A model generated the notes under the pieces. The model had not been told where the DNA came from. It made no database searches and worked only from the letters and a program-made list of their open reading frames with translations. The position numbers and the translations under genes are program-made. Below, piece by piece: positions 37,162 to 46,270 of a DNA stretch of 64,000 bases. This DNA is from an uncultured Actinomycetes bacterium (lineage in GTDB: Bacteria > Actinomycetota > Thermoleophilia > UBA2241). Every line of letters starts with the position of its first letter. Position 1 is the stretch's first letter. The stretch is from assembly GCA_963767005.1 (NCBI GenBank), contig CAVYCN010000008.1, forward strand, positions 64,001-128,000, written 5' to 3'.

Positions 37162-37749
37162 ATGAGCGCTAAGCGGATCCTGGTCGTCGACGACAACACC
37201 GACGTGCTGCGCCTCGTGAGCGAGGCCCTCACGGCAGCCGGCTACGAAGTGACGACCTCGCCCGACGGCCGTTCGGCCCTGCGCGACGCCGCCCTGTCGC
37301 TGCCCGACCTCATCCTGCTCGACATCGGCCTGCCCGATCACGACGGCTTCACCGTCTACTCGCGGCTGCGCGAGAAGCCGGTGGCGCTCGACTGTCCGAT
37401 CATCTTCCTGACGGCCGCCGCCGACATCGACAGCCGTCTGCACGGCTTCGAGAAGGGCGCGGTCGACTACGTGGTCAAGCCCTTCCACATGAAGGAGCTG
37501 ATCGCCCGGGTCAAGGTGCACCTGCACGATGCGGAGCCGCTCAAGGGCGACGTGCCGAGCCCGCTCACCGAGCGTGAGCGCGAAGTCGTCAAGCTGCTGG
37601 GCAGCGGCAAGACCTACAAGCAGGTCGCGCGCGCCCTGCGCGTGTCGCAGAGCACGATCCGCAACCATCTGCACAACGTCTACCACAAGCTCGAGGTCGT
37701 CGATCGCGCCCAGGCTGTGATCGTGAGCCGCGAGCACGGCTGGATCTGA
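37162..37749 (+). CDS. Response regulator (receiver + LuxR HTH)
   Basis: VVDD, LDIGLP, KPF, LTEREREV...TIRNHLHNVYHKL. Confidence 0.92.
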   Translation: MSAKRILVVDDNTDVLRLVSEALTAAGYEVTTSPDGRSALRDAALSLPDLILLDIGLPDHDGFTVYSRLREKPVALDCPIIFLTAAADIDSRLHGFEKGAVDYVVKPFHMKELIARVKVHLHDAEPLKGDVPSPLTEREREVVKLLGSGKTYKQVARALRVSQSTIRNHLHNVYHKLEVVDRAQAVIVSREHGWI

Positions 37750-37918
37750 CCGTACGCCGCCGGGGGGCGGCAGGTCGGCAACGGCGCCCGTGGCGGCGCC
37801 GGACGCGCGTGGGGGCGGGGCGCCTGCAAGGCGCCCCGCCCCCACGCGTTTCACCGTTCGTCGCGCCTGGCCGTCGGAGGAGTTCGTCGCCGACGCTCAG
37901 GCCGGCGTGACTGCCTCG

Positions 37919-38167
37919 CTAGTTCGTGTCGAAGGGCATGTCGGGCAGCGACCACCAGCCGGCCAGCACGCGGCGCTCGGTGACGCGGCGGTCGGGTCGG
38001 GGGTGGGGGCCGTCGGACACGCGGCGCTCGGTGTGCCGCCGATCGACGATGATGCGGACGTCGCCGCGCTCGGCATACCGTGTCTCGAGCCGGCGGGCGA
38101 AGAACCCCTCGAGCGCCCTCGGGACGACGATGGTCTTCGGCTCGACGCTCGTCTGCTGGTCGGTCAT
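37919..38167 (-). CDS. Small hypothetical protein with DRR/ERR repeats
   Basis: GAGGAGG RBS before ATG 38167; VDRRHTERR...PDRRVTERR. Confidence 0.65.
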   Translation of the reverse strand: MTDQQTSVEPKTIVVPRALEGFFARRLETRYAERGDVRIIVDRRHTERRVSDGPHPRPDRRVTERRVLAGWWSLPDMPFDTN

Positions 38168-38453
38168 GCGGTTCCTCCTCGGCTGCGGGGGGCGCAGGGC
38201 TTGGGATTCGGCCCTCGTGCGGCGAGTCCTGCTGGCCGCGACGCCCTCACTTCTGGAGTCTACGGCTCCCGGTCTCCCGCGAAACGCCGCGGCCGGCTCA
38301 TTTGCGTTGTCCGTCCTGTCAACACCGGGACGGCCGCCCGGTCGGTTCACGGCCGGACGCGAGCTGGCGTATCATCGTGACCATGCCGACCGTGGCGGGC
38401 CATCGTGTTCGAGTGCGGCCCGACCTGCGTGCGGGCGGGGGGGCGCCGCGGCC

Positions 38454-39341
38454 GTGACCGCCCGCCGCCTGTGCGCCATCTACAACCCCACCTCGGGCGG
38501 CGGTCACTTCCGCCGCGACGTGCCGCTGATCGTCGAGTCGCTGCGCGGCCTGGGCTTCACCGTGGAGGAGGCGCCGACCGCCCGCGCCGGGCACGCCACC
38601 GAGCTCGCGGCGGCGGCCGTCGCGGCCGGCGTCGACGTGGTCTGCGCGATCGGCGGCGACGGCACCGTCAACGAGGTCGTGAACGGCATGGCCGGCAGCG
38701 AGGCGCCCCTCGCGATCATCCCGACCGGCACGGTCAACGTGCTCGCCCTCGAGCTCGGCATCCCGCTCGACCCGCCCGACGCCTGCCGCCTGGCGGCCAT
38801 GGGCCACGTCATCGAGATCGACCTGGGCCTCGCCGGCGACCGCTACTTCGCGCTCATGGCCGGCGCCGGGGTCGACGCGGCCGTCGTCTCGTCGCTGAAC
38901 CCCACGCTCAAGCGGGCGCTGCGCGAGGCCGCCTTCGCCATCCAGGGTTTCGCCAAGTACCTGACGAGCGAATCGCCGCTGATCCGTATCGAGACCGAGG
39001 AGGAGTGCGTCGACGGCTACTTCGTGGTGCTCGGCAACGCCGCCAACTACGGCGGCAACTTCGGCGTGACACCGCTCGCCGACATGCGCGACGGGCTGCT
39101 CGACGTCTGCGTGCTCACCGACAAGTCGTTCTTCGAGTTCGCCGGTTACTGGCTGGCGGCGCTGCTGTCGGCGCCCATGCAGCACTCTAAGGTGCGCTAC
39201 TTCCGCACCAGAGAGGCGCGCCTCGCGATCGCGCCCGGCGAGCGCGGCGAGGTCCTCGTGCAGACCGACGGCGAGCCGGCCGGCCGGCTGCCGATCGACT
39301 GCCGGATCGTGCCGCGCGCGCTGCGCGTGGTCGTGCCGTAG
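38454..39341 (+). CDS. Diacylglycerol/lipid kinase family (YegS/DagK), second paralog
   Basis: NPTSG, GGDGT, PTGTVN, YGG, QTDGE. Confidence 0.9.
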   Translation: MTARRLCAIYNPTSGGGHFRRDVPLIVESLRGLGFTVEEAPTARAGHATELAAAAVAAGVDVVCAIGGDGTVNEVVNGMAGSEAPLAIIPTGTVNVLALELGIPLDPPDACRLAAMGHVIEIDLGLAGDRYFALMAGAGVDAAVVSSLNPTLKRALREAAFAIQGFAKYLTSESPLIRIETEEECVDGYFVVLGNAANYGGNFGVTPLADMRDGLLDVCVLTDKSFFEFAGYWLAALLSAPMQHSKVRYFRTREARLAIAPGERGEVLVQTDGEPAGRLPIDCRIVPRALRVVVP

Positions 39342-39344
39342 GCG

Positions 39345-39950
39345 CTACAGGCCCATCACGGCGGCGACGGCGCGCAGGCGCTTGACGTAGGCCGCGCGCT
39401 CGGCCGATGCGCGTACGGCGATCTCACCGGGCGCGGCGATCGGCACCACCTTGAACGAGGGGCTGTCGTAGACGCGCAGCTCGAGCGGGTCGTGGTCGTC
39501 GGCGTCGGCCTGGCCGAAGAGCTTGGCCAGCAGAAAGCGCGAGGCGTCGTCGCCGATCGGCACGACGTAGTGCGGCGTGGTGATCGAGATCTCACGGGAC
39601 AGGAACGAGTAGCAGTTGTCCTGCTCGGCGAGGTGGGGCCGGCGCAGGTGGCAGTCGCTGCGCGGCACGCATTTGACGACGGTCGTGAAGAAGGCTTTGG
39701 AGCGGCCGCCGTTCGACAGCGAGGGGATCAGCTCCGCGAGCTCGCGAAGCACGGCGGTGCCGGCCGGCAGGTCGTCGGCCTCTTCTTCGGGCGACGGGTG
39801 CAGGGAGACGAACATGACCTGGGCGTGCGGATGCCCGGCTCCAGAGAGGGCGCGGCGCCGACAGGGCACGAGGTCGTCGCACTTCGTGCACTGTTTCTCG
39901 GCCCGCGCCAGCTCGTCCAGCTTCTCGGCGGCGTCTTCCATGGGGACCAC
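39345..39950 (-). CDS. Uracil-DNA glycosylase family 4-like Fe-S protein with degenerate active site
   Basis: CTKC, VVKCVP and later C retained; GEAPG and HP motifs absent. Confidence 0.7.
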   Translation of the reverse strand: MVPMEDAAEKLDELARAEKQCTKCDDLVPCRRRALSGAGHPHAQVMFVSLHPSPEEEADDLPAGTAVLRELAELIPSLSNGGRSKAFFTTVVKCVPRSDCHLRRPHLAEQDNCYSFLSREISITTPHYVVPIGDDASRFLLAKLFGQADADDHDPLELRVYDSPSFKVVPIAAPGEIAVRASAERAAYVKRLRAVAAVMGL

Positions 39951-40035
39951 ACTCCTTTGCCTCGAGGGTCCGCGACGAAGCGCCCCACCACGGGGGCGCA
40001 GGGGATGAGGAGAGGGGCGGGCGCGGCGCTCGCGC

Positions 40036-40374
40036 TCACGCGCGACCGCCGCGCAGGCGGTACTCGAGCGTGATGGCGTCGCGCGAGCCGATCAGGCAGA
40101 GCAGCAGCTCGTCGCTGAAGGGGGCGAGCACGACGTTCAGGTCGTCGAGCTCGACCGTGATCAGGCGCGTCTCGCGCTGGGCGAGCTCGTCGGCCAGGCG
40201 GGCGGCGATGTCGATCGCGCCGCCGAGGTGGGCGGCCACCGCTTCGGCGTCGAGGCCGGGGTCGGCCGACGCGGCGACCAGGAAGCCGTCGTGCGAGATC
40301 AGCAGGGCGGCCTTGACGCCCGGCCGCTCACGGTAGGGCGCGAGCTTGCTGGCGAGCGCGTCGCTTGCGTTCAT
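40036..40374 (-). CDS. Roadblock/LC7 (MglB-like) protein
   Basis: PGVKAALLISHDGFLVAAS...AEAVAA. Confidence 0.85.
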   Translation of the reverse strand: MNASDALASKLAPYRERPGVKAALLISHDGFLVAASADPGLDAEAVAAHLGGAIDIAARLADELAQRETRLITVELDDLNVVLAPFSDELLLCLIGSRDAITLEYRLRGGRA

Positions 40375-40670
40375 GAAGCCTCCAGGGCGGTCGAGATCTG
40401 CGCGCGGACGGCGGCCGCGAAACGGTCGGCGCTGGCGGCGTCGACGAAGGTCCGCGTGAAGCCGTCGGAGCTGCCGGCGATCTCGGAGAGGAAGATGCTG
40501 GTGCGCGGCAGGGGAGCGGCGGCGGCCTCGTCGACGAACCCGTCGAGCGGCAGCTGGATGAGGGTGTCGCCCGACAGGAACAGGCGGTTGAGCTCGCGGG
40601 ACGACAGGCGGACGCGGACGTGCACGGCGATCGCCTGCCCGACCTGCTCGCTGCCGATGTCGATCTCCAC
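40371..40670 (-). CDS. Hypothetical protein
   Basis: ATGA-coupled to the roadblock gene; TAGTAT -10 box 6 nt upstream of the GTG. Confidence 0.6.
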   Translation of the reverse strand: MEIDIGSEQVGQAIAVHVRVRLSSRELNRLFLSGDTLIQLPLDGFVDEAAAAPLPRTSIFLSEIAGSSDGFTRTFVDAASADRFAAAVRAQISTALEAS

Positions 40671-40791
40671 GAGCCAATACTAGGTCCACGCTTCGGGCCG
40701 TTTCAAGCGGGACGCCGGTGGAAGCCGGCCGGGTGTGACGGTGGAGGGTCGGGACGCTCGACCGCGCGGCGAGCCCGCGGCGAGCGCCGCG

Positions 40792-41805
40792 CTAGGTGGC
40801 GACGGCGAGCGGCAGCTCGTCGCCGCCGGCCGGGGCCGCGGCGGCGATCACGAGCTCGGTCGCGGCCGGCGCGGCCAGGGCGGCCACGGCGTCGTCGACC
40901 AGGGCGCGGGCGTCGTGCAGCGGCGGGTAGGCGGCGCAGCCGAACGACAGGGTCTGGCGATGGCGGTCGATGAGCTGCCCGGTCACCTCGTGGGCGGCGT
41001 CCTGCGTCCAGGCGCGAGCGCTGCGCGCGTCGTGGCCGCGCAGGGTGACGGCCAGCAGGTCGGGCGCCAGGCGGAAGGCCAGGTCGTCGGGGCCGGCCGT
41101 GCGCTTGAGGCGGCGGGCCACGGTGCGTACCACGGCCTCGCTGCCCTCGGCGCCGCGGAAGTCGCGCAGGTCGCGGTAGTGGTCGAGCCGCACGCAGACC
41201 AGGGCGAGGGGCTCGTGGCCGGCCTCGGCGGCGGCGAGCTCGGCCGTCACGAGTGCTGCGAGGCGCGCGCGGGTGTAGTAGCCGGTGGTCGCGTCGATGG
41301 CCGGCGCGGCGGCGGTCCGCTTGCGGCGCGGCACACGCCGCAAGCGGACCGCCGCCGCCAGACCGGCGAGCACGAGGGCGGCGAGCACGCCCAGGGTGAG
41401 GGCACGGTGACCGGCGAGCGTCGGGTCGGCGATCGCCAGCACGATGGGGACGACCAGGCTGGGGCCGATCAGGTAGGGCCACTCGGCCTTGTCGCTCGGC
41501 AGGAGCTGACAGACGAGGAGCAGCGGCACGGCGGCGAGCAGCGGACTGTGACCGCCGCCGGCGAGGGCGAGCGTGAGGCCGAGCAGCAGCCAGTCGCCGA
41601 CGACGAAGGAGTGTGACAGGGAGCGGCCCCGGCCGCTTGCCACGGCGATCGACCAGAGTCCCATGCCGAGCGCGACGGCCGCCACGACGGCCGCCGGCCC
41701 GAGGCGCAGCGCGCCGGCGGCGGCGAGCAGGAGGGCGAAGAAAAGGGTCCGCGAACGGCCTCGCGAGAGCTCGGCTGCGGGCCGTCTGCGGAGGTGCCTC
41801 GGCAC
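40792..41805 (-). CDS. Membrane protein with degenerate GGDEF domain
   Basis: TM region, then IDATTGYYTR, RLDHYR, and FRLAPDL in place of RxGGDEF. Start uncertain. Confidence 0.7.
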   Translation of the reverse strand: MPRHLRRRPAAELSRGRSRTLFFALLLAAAGALRLGPAAVVAAVALGMGLWSIAVASGRGRSLSHSFVVGDWLLLGLTLALAGGGHSPLLAAVPLLLVCQLLPSDKAEWPYLIGPSLVVPIVLAIADPTLAGHRALTLGVLAALVLAGLAAAVRLRRVPRRKRTAAAPAIDATTGYYTRARLAALVTAELAAAEAGHEPLALVCVRLDHYRDLRDFRGAEGSEAVVRTVARRLKRTAGPDDLAFRLAPDLLAVTLRGHDARSARAWTQDAAHEVTGQLIDRHRQTLSFGCAAYPPLHDARALVDDAVAALAAPAATELVIAAAAPAGGDELPLAVAT

Positions 41806-42040
41806 GGGTGCTACGCGGCTCTGGGGACGCCGGTGACATGTGCAGCGTGCTGCATGCTGCTTGGGTTCGGCGTCCGTGCGCGGTTTCCTTTCTGCCACAT
41901 GCGCATGGGGCGCGTCCGGGCGCGGCGGCCGGGGCGCCCGCGGGATGCGGGCGCCGGCGACGATGGGGAGCCCAACGAGAGGTGGCCGAACCGGCACGTG
42001 TCGCTATAATCAGCGGGTCAATTCTGATCAGCGGGTCATC

Positions 42041-43834
42041 GTGGAACGGATCCCCTTCCTTTCAGGTAACGAGGCGATCGCGCGCGGCGCGGTGCGGGCC
42101 GGCCTGGGCTTTGCCTGCGGCTACCCGGGCACCCCGTCGACCGAGATCGTCGAGGAGCTCGCGCGCCTCGAAGGCCCCGTCGTCGAGTGGTGCGTGAACG
42201 AGAAGGTCGCCCTCGAGACGGGCGCGGGCGCGGCGCTCGCCGGCGCCCGCGCCATGGTCACCATGAAGCACGTCGGCCTGAATGTGGCGGCCGACCCGTT
42301 CATGACGCTCTCGCTCACCGGCGTGAACGGCGGCCTCGTCGTGGTGTCGGCCGACGACCCCGGCATGCACTCGTCGCAGAACGAGCAGGACAACCGCCAC
42401 TTCGCCGCCTTCGCCAAGGTGCCGATGCTCGAGCCGTCCGACAGCCAGGAGGCCTACGACTTCGTGGCCTGGGCGTTCGAGCTGTCCGAGGAGTTCGACA
42501 CGCCGGTGCTGCTGCGCTCGACGACGCGCGTGTCGCACGGCCGCGGCCGGGTGGTGCCGCGCGCGCCGCTCGCGGCCGAGCGGCCCGGCTACGTGAAGGA
42601 CATCGCGAAGTACGTGATGGTCCCCGAGTACGCGCGCGAGCGCAACCGCCTGGTGCTCGCGCGGCTCGAGCGCCTGCGCCGGCGCGCCGAGGAATCGCCG
42701 CTCAACGTGCTCGAGGCCGGCACGACCGATATCGGCATCATCGCCTCGGGCGCCGCCTACACCTACGCCCGCGAGGCGTTCCCCAAGGCCTGGTTCCTCA
42801 AGCTCGGCATGTCGCACCCGCTGCCCTACGCCAAAGTCGCCAAGCTCTACCAGTCGGTCTCGCGCGTGTTCGTGGTCGAGGAGCTCGACCCGTTCATCGA
42901 GAGCCAGGTGCGCGCCCTCGGCCTTCCGGTCGTGGGCAAAGAGGTCATCCCGAGCAACGGCGAGCTCGACCAGCAGATCGTCTTCGACGCCCTCGAGCCG
43001 GTGCTCAAGCGCAAGCCGCCGCGCCGCCGGCGTCCCGTCATGCCGCCGGAGCCGGTGATCGCGCCGGCCCCGCGGCCGGCCGACGACCTGCCCGTGCGCC
43101 CACCGGTGCTCTGCCCCGGCTGCCCGCACCGCGCCGTCTACGCCATGCTGCGCCGCGAGAAGGTCGCGGTGATGGGCGACATCGGCTGCTACACGCTGGG
43201 CGCGCTGCCGCCGCTGCTGTCGCTCGAGAGCTGCGTGTGCATGGGCGCGAGCATCGGCCTGATGAGCGGCATCAACCGTATGATGGGCCGCACCGCCGCG
43301 GTGGCCGTGATCGGCGACTCGACCTTCTTCCATTCGGGGGTCACGCCGCTGATCGACGCCCGCTACAACGAGACGCCCGGCCTCGTCATCGTGCTCGACA
43401 ACCGTACGACGGCGATGACCGGCCACCAGGGGCACCCCGGCACCGGCCTCCACCCCGACCGCTCGAGCGGCCCGGCGCTCGACATCGAGCAGCTCTGCCG
43501 CGGCATCGGTGTGCCGGCGGCGACCGTCGATGCCTTCGACGAGGCGGCGGTGCGGGCCGCCATCCGCGACGCGGTGGCGGCGAGCGACCTGCGCGTGCTG
43601 GTCGCCCTGGCGCCCTGCATCCTCATGGACAAGAGTCCGCACGAGCGCGTGCTGGTCGACGACGACCGCTGCAACCTCTGCGGCCTCTGCATCGAGCTCG
43701 GCTGCCCCGCACTCGTGGCCGGCGAGGACACCATCGAGATCCTCTCCGACTGCACCGGCTGCGGCGTCTGTCTGGCCGTCTGCGCGCGCGGCGCGCTGAG
43801 CCTGCCCGAAAGCGCCGGCGGGGACCCGTCGTGA
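42041..43834 (+). CDS. iorA: Indolepyruvate:ferredoxin oxidoreductase alpha subunit
   Basis: GNEA, YPGTPSTE, MKHVGLNVA, DDPGMHSSQNEQD, CPGCPHR, DIGCY, C-terminal ferredoxin. Confidence 0.93.
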   Translation: MERIPFLSGNEAIARGAVRAGLGFACGYPGTPSTEIVEELARLEGPVVEWCVNEKVALETGAGAALAGARAMVTMKHVGLNVAADPFMTLSLTGVNGGLVVVSADDPGMHSSQNEQDNRHFAAFAKVPMLEPSDSQEAYDFVAWAFELSEEFDTPVLLRSTTRVSHGRGRVVPRAPLAAERPGYVKDIAKYVMVPEYARERNRLVLARLERLRRRAEESPLNVLEAGTTDIGIIASGAAYTYAREAFPKAWFLKLGMSHPLPYAKVAKLYQSVSRVFVVEELDPFIESQVRALGLPVVGKEVIPSNGELDQQIVFDALEPVLKRKPPRRRRPVMPPEPVIAPAPRPADDLPVRPPVLCPGCPHRAVYAMLRREKVAVMGDIGCYTLGALPPLLSLESCVCMGASIGLMSGINRMMGRTAAVAVIGDSTFFHSGVTPLIDARYNETPGLVIVLDNRTTAMTGHQGHPGTGLHPDRSSGPALDIEQLCRGIGVPAATVDAFDEAAVRAAIRDAVAASDLRVLVALAPCILMDKSPHERVLVDDDRCNLCGLCIELGCPALVAGEDTIEILSDCTGCGVCLAVCARGALSLPESAGGDPS

Positions 43835-44424
43835 ACGGCACGACGACCGTCTCGCTGGCCGGCGTCGGCGGCCAGGGCATCATCCTGGCGGCCGCCATCC
43901 TCGCTCAGGCGGCCATGGCGGCCGGCTACGACGTCAAGGCGAGCGAGGTCAAGGGCATGGCGCAACGCGGCGGCAGCGTCGTCTCGACGGTGCGCTTCGG
44001 CAAAGAGGTGTGGTCGCCGGTCTCGTCGCGCGCCGACGTCGTGATCGCCACCGAGACGCTCGAGGGCCGGCGCGCCCTCGCCCTGCTGGCCGACAAGGGC
44101 ACGCTGGTCTACGCGACCACCGTGATCGCCCCCGGCAGCGTGCTGCGCCGCGAGCGCGAGTACCCCGCCGACCTCGTCGCGGCCGCTCGGGCGCGCCTCG
44201 TACAGCTCATCCCGGTCGACGCCGAGGACCTCGCGCGCGAGGCCGGCTCGGTGCGCGCCGCCAACGTCGCCCTGCTGGGCGCGGCGACCCACGTGCTGCC
44301 GTTCACGGCCGGCGCCTGGGACGACGCCCTCGAGCTTGCGGTCCCGGCCAAGATCCTCGAGCTCAATCGCCGGGCCTTTGCCCTCGGCCGCGCGGCGGCC
44401 GCACCAACCGAGGAGGGGCTGTGA
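43831..44424 (+). CDS. iorB: Indolepyruvate:ferredoxin oxidoreductase beta subunit
   Basis: GVGGQG, GMAQRGGSV. Confidence 0.92.
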   Translation: MNGTTTVSLAGVGGQGIILAAAILAQAAMAAGYDVKASEVKGMAQRGGSVVSTVRFGKEVWSPVSSRADVVIATETLEGRRALALLADKGTLVYATTVIAPGSVLRREREYPADLVAAARARLVQLIPVDAEDLAREAGSVRAANVALLGAATHVLPFTAGAWDDALELAVPAKILELNRRAFALGRAAAAPTEEGL

Positions 44425-44425
44425 A

Positions 44426-44839
44426 GTGAAAGTGACCCAAGTGACGGTCTTTCTCGAGAACCGCAGCGGCCGCCTGGCGGAGATCGCCGATATCCTGGGC
44501 CGCCACGGCGTGAACATCCGCGGCTTCTCGACGACCGAGGCGGCCGAGTACGGCATCGTGCGCCTGATCGTGCCCGACCCGGTCGCCACGCGCGACATCC
44601 TGCACGAGGCCGGCTTCACGACGCACCTCGCGCAGGTGATCTGCGTGGCCGTGCCCGACGAGCCGGGCGGCCTCGCCCGCGTGCTCGACGCCCTCGCCGA
44701 GCAGCAGGTCTCGGTCGACTACCTCTACAGCATCTCGTTCGACTATGTGTGCTTCGCCGTGCACGACGTCGACCGCGCGGTCGAGCTGCTCAAGGACAAG
44801 GTCACGCTGCTCTCGGACGAGCAGGTGATGGCGCTGTGA
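44426..44839 (+). CDS. Tandem ACT-domain protein
   Basis: QVTVFLENRSGRL and DEPGGL. Confidence 0.88.
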   Translation: MKVTQVTVFLENRSGRLAEIADILGRHGVNIRGFSTTEAAEYGIVRLIVPDPVATRDILHEAGFTTHLAQVICVAVPDEPGGLARVLDALAEQQVSVDYLYSISFDYVCFAVHDVDRAVELLKDKVTLLSDEQVMAL

Positions 44840-46188
44840 GCGCGTCCCCCGCGGTCGCCGGCGTCGTGACCCCCGATCGCGCCGGCGGCAACCACTGGCA
44901 GCGGGCCGCCGAGACCATGCCGCTCGAGGAGCTGCGCGACACGCAGATGGAGCGGTTGCGCGCCACCCTGCGCAACGCCTACGACAACGTGCCGTTCTAC
45001 CGCAAGAGGCTCGACGAGGCCGGCCTCGCCCCCGACGACGTGCGCTGCCACGGCGACGTCTGCGACCTGCCGTTCACGACCAAGGTCGACCTGCGCGACC
45101 ACTACCCGTTCGGCATGTTCGCCGTGCCGCGCGACGAGCTCGTGCGGGTGCACGCCTCGTCGGGCACGACCGGCAACCCGACGACCGTCGGCTACACCGC
45201 CGGCGACGTGTCGCTGTGGGCCGACCTCATCGCCCGCACCCTGGCGGCCGGCGGCCTGCAGCCGGGCGACATGCTGCAAAACGCCTACGGCTACGGCCTG
45301 TTCACCGGCGGCCTCGGCCTGCACTACGGCTGCGAGCGCCTGGGGGCCACGATCCTGCCAATCTCGGGCGGCAACACCGACCGTCAGCTCAAGCTCATGC
45401 GCGACTTCGGCGTGACGGCGCTGTGCTGCACGCCGTCGTACGCCCTCTACCTGGCCGAAGCGGCGCGCGACCGCGGCCTGCGCCCGGCCGACCTGCCGAT
45501 CCGGGTGGGCTTCCACGGTGCCGAGCCCTGGACCAACGAGATGCGCCGCCAGATCGAGGAGGGCCTCGGCGTCGACGCGCTCGACATCTACGGCCTGTCC
45601 GAGATGGGCGGCCCCGGCGTGTCGTTCGAGTGCCGCTGCAAGAGCGGCATGCATGTGAACGAAGACCACTATATGGTCGAGATCGTCGACCCCGAGTCGC
45701 TGCTGCCGGTGCCCGAGGGCACGGTCGGCGAGCTCGTCGTCACCACCCTGAGCCGGGTCGCCCAGCCGCTGCTGCGCTACCGCACGCGCGACCTGTGCAG
45801 CCTCGTGTCTGAGCCCTGCGAGTGCGGCCGCACCTTCGCCCGCATGACCAAGCCGGTGGGGCGCAGCGACGACATGCTGATCATCCGCGGCGTCAACGTC
45901 TTCCCGAGTCAGATCGAGGAAGTCCTGATGACGATCCCGCAGATCGAGCCGCACTACCAGATCGTGGTCGACCGCAAGGGCCACCTCGACATGGTCGAGG
46001 TCTGGATCGAGGTCGGCGAGGACATCTTCGGCGAGACCATGGGCCAGCTCGAGACCTTCGAACGTTCCGTCCAGCAGCGCCTCTACAGCGTGCTGAACAT
46101 CCAGGTCAAGGTGAAGCTCAAGGAGCCCAAGACGATCGCCCGCAGCGAAGGCAAGGCCGTGCGCGTGATCGACAAGCGTCCGAAGTAG
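44836..46188 (+). CDS. paaK: Phenylacetate-CoA ligase
   Basis: HASSGTTG, YGYGLFTGGLG, DIYGLSE, RYRTRD, GRSDDM. Confidence 0.92.
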   Translation: MSASPAVAGVVTPDRAGGNHWQRAAETMPLEELRDTQMERLRATLRNAYDNVPFYRKRLDEAGLAPDDVRCHGDVCDLPFTTKVDLRDHYPFGMFAVPRDELVRVHASSGTTGNPTTVGYTAGDVSLWADLIARTLAAGGLQPGDMLQNAYGYGLFTGGLGLHYGCERLGATILPISGGNTDRQLKLMRDFGVTALCCTPSYALYLAEAARDRGLRPADLPIRVGFHGAEPWTNEMRRQIEEGLGVDALDIYGLSEMGGPGVSFECRCKSGMHVNEDHYMVEIVDPESLLPVPEGTVGELVVTTLSRVAQPLLRYRTRDLCSLVSEPCECGRTFARMTKPVGRSDDMLIIRGVNVFPSQIEEVLMTIPQIEPHYQIVVDRKGHLDMVEVWIEVGEDIFGETMGQLETFERSVQQRLYSVLNIQVKVKLKEPKTIARSEGKAVRVIDKRPK

Positions 46189-46222
46189 AGCCCGGGGGGC
46201 GGCCGCCGCGCGGCGGCCGGCA

Positions 46223-46266
46223 ACGACGGAGGGGGCGGCGCCGGTAGGCGCCGCCCCCTCCGTCGT
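46223..46266. terminator. Bidirectional hairpin terminator between convergent paaK and PBP genes
   Basis: Perfect 20-bp stem ACGACGGAGGGGGCGGCGCC-GGTA-GGCGCCGCCCCCTCCGTCGT. Confidence 0.8.
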
Positions 46267-46270
46267 CGTT

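Noticed and set aside
42041-46188. iorAB-ACT-paaK cluster as a novel system
   Set aside because: A well-known conserved arrangement in anaerobes.
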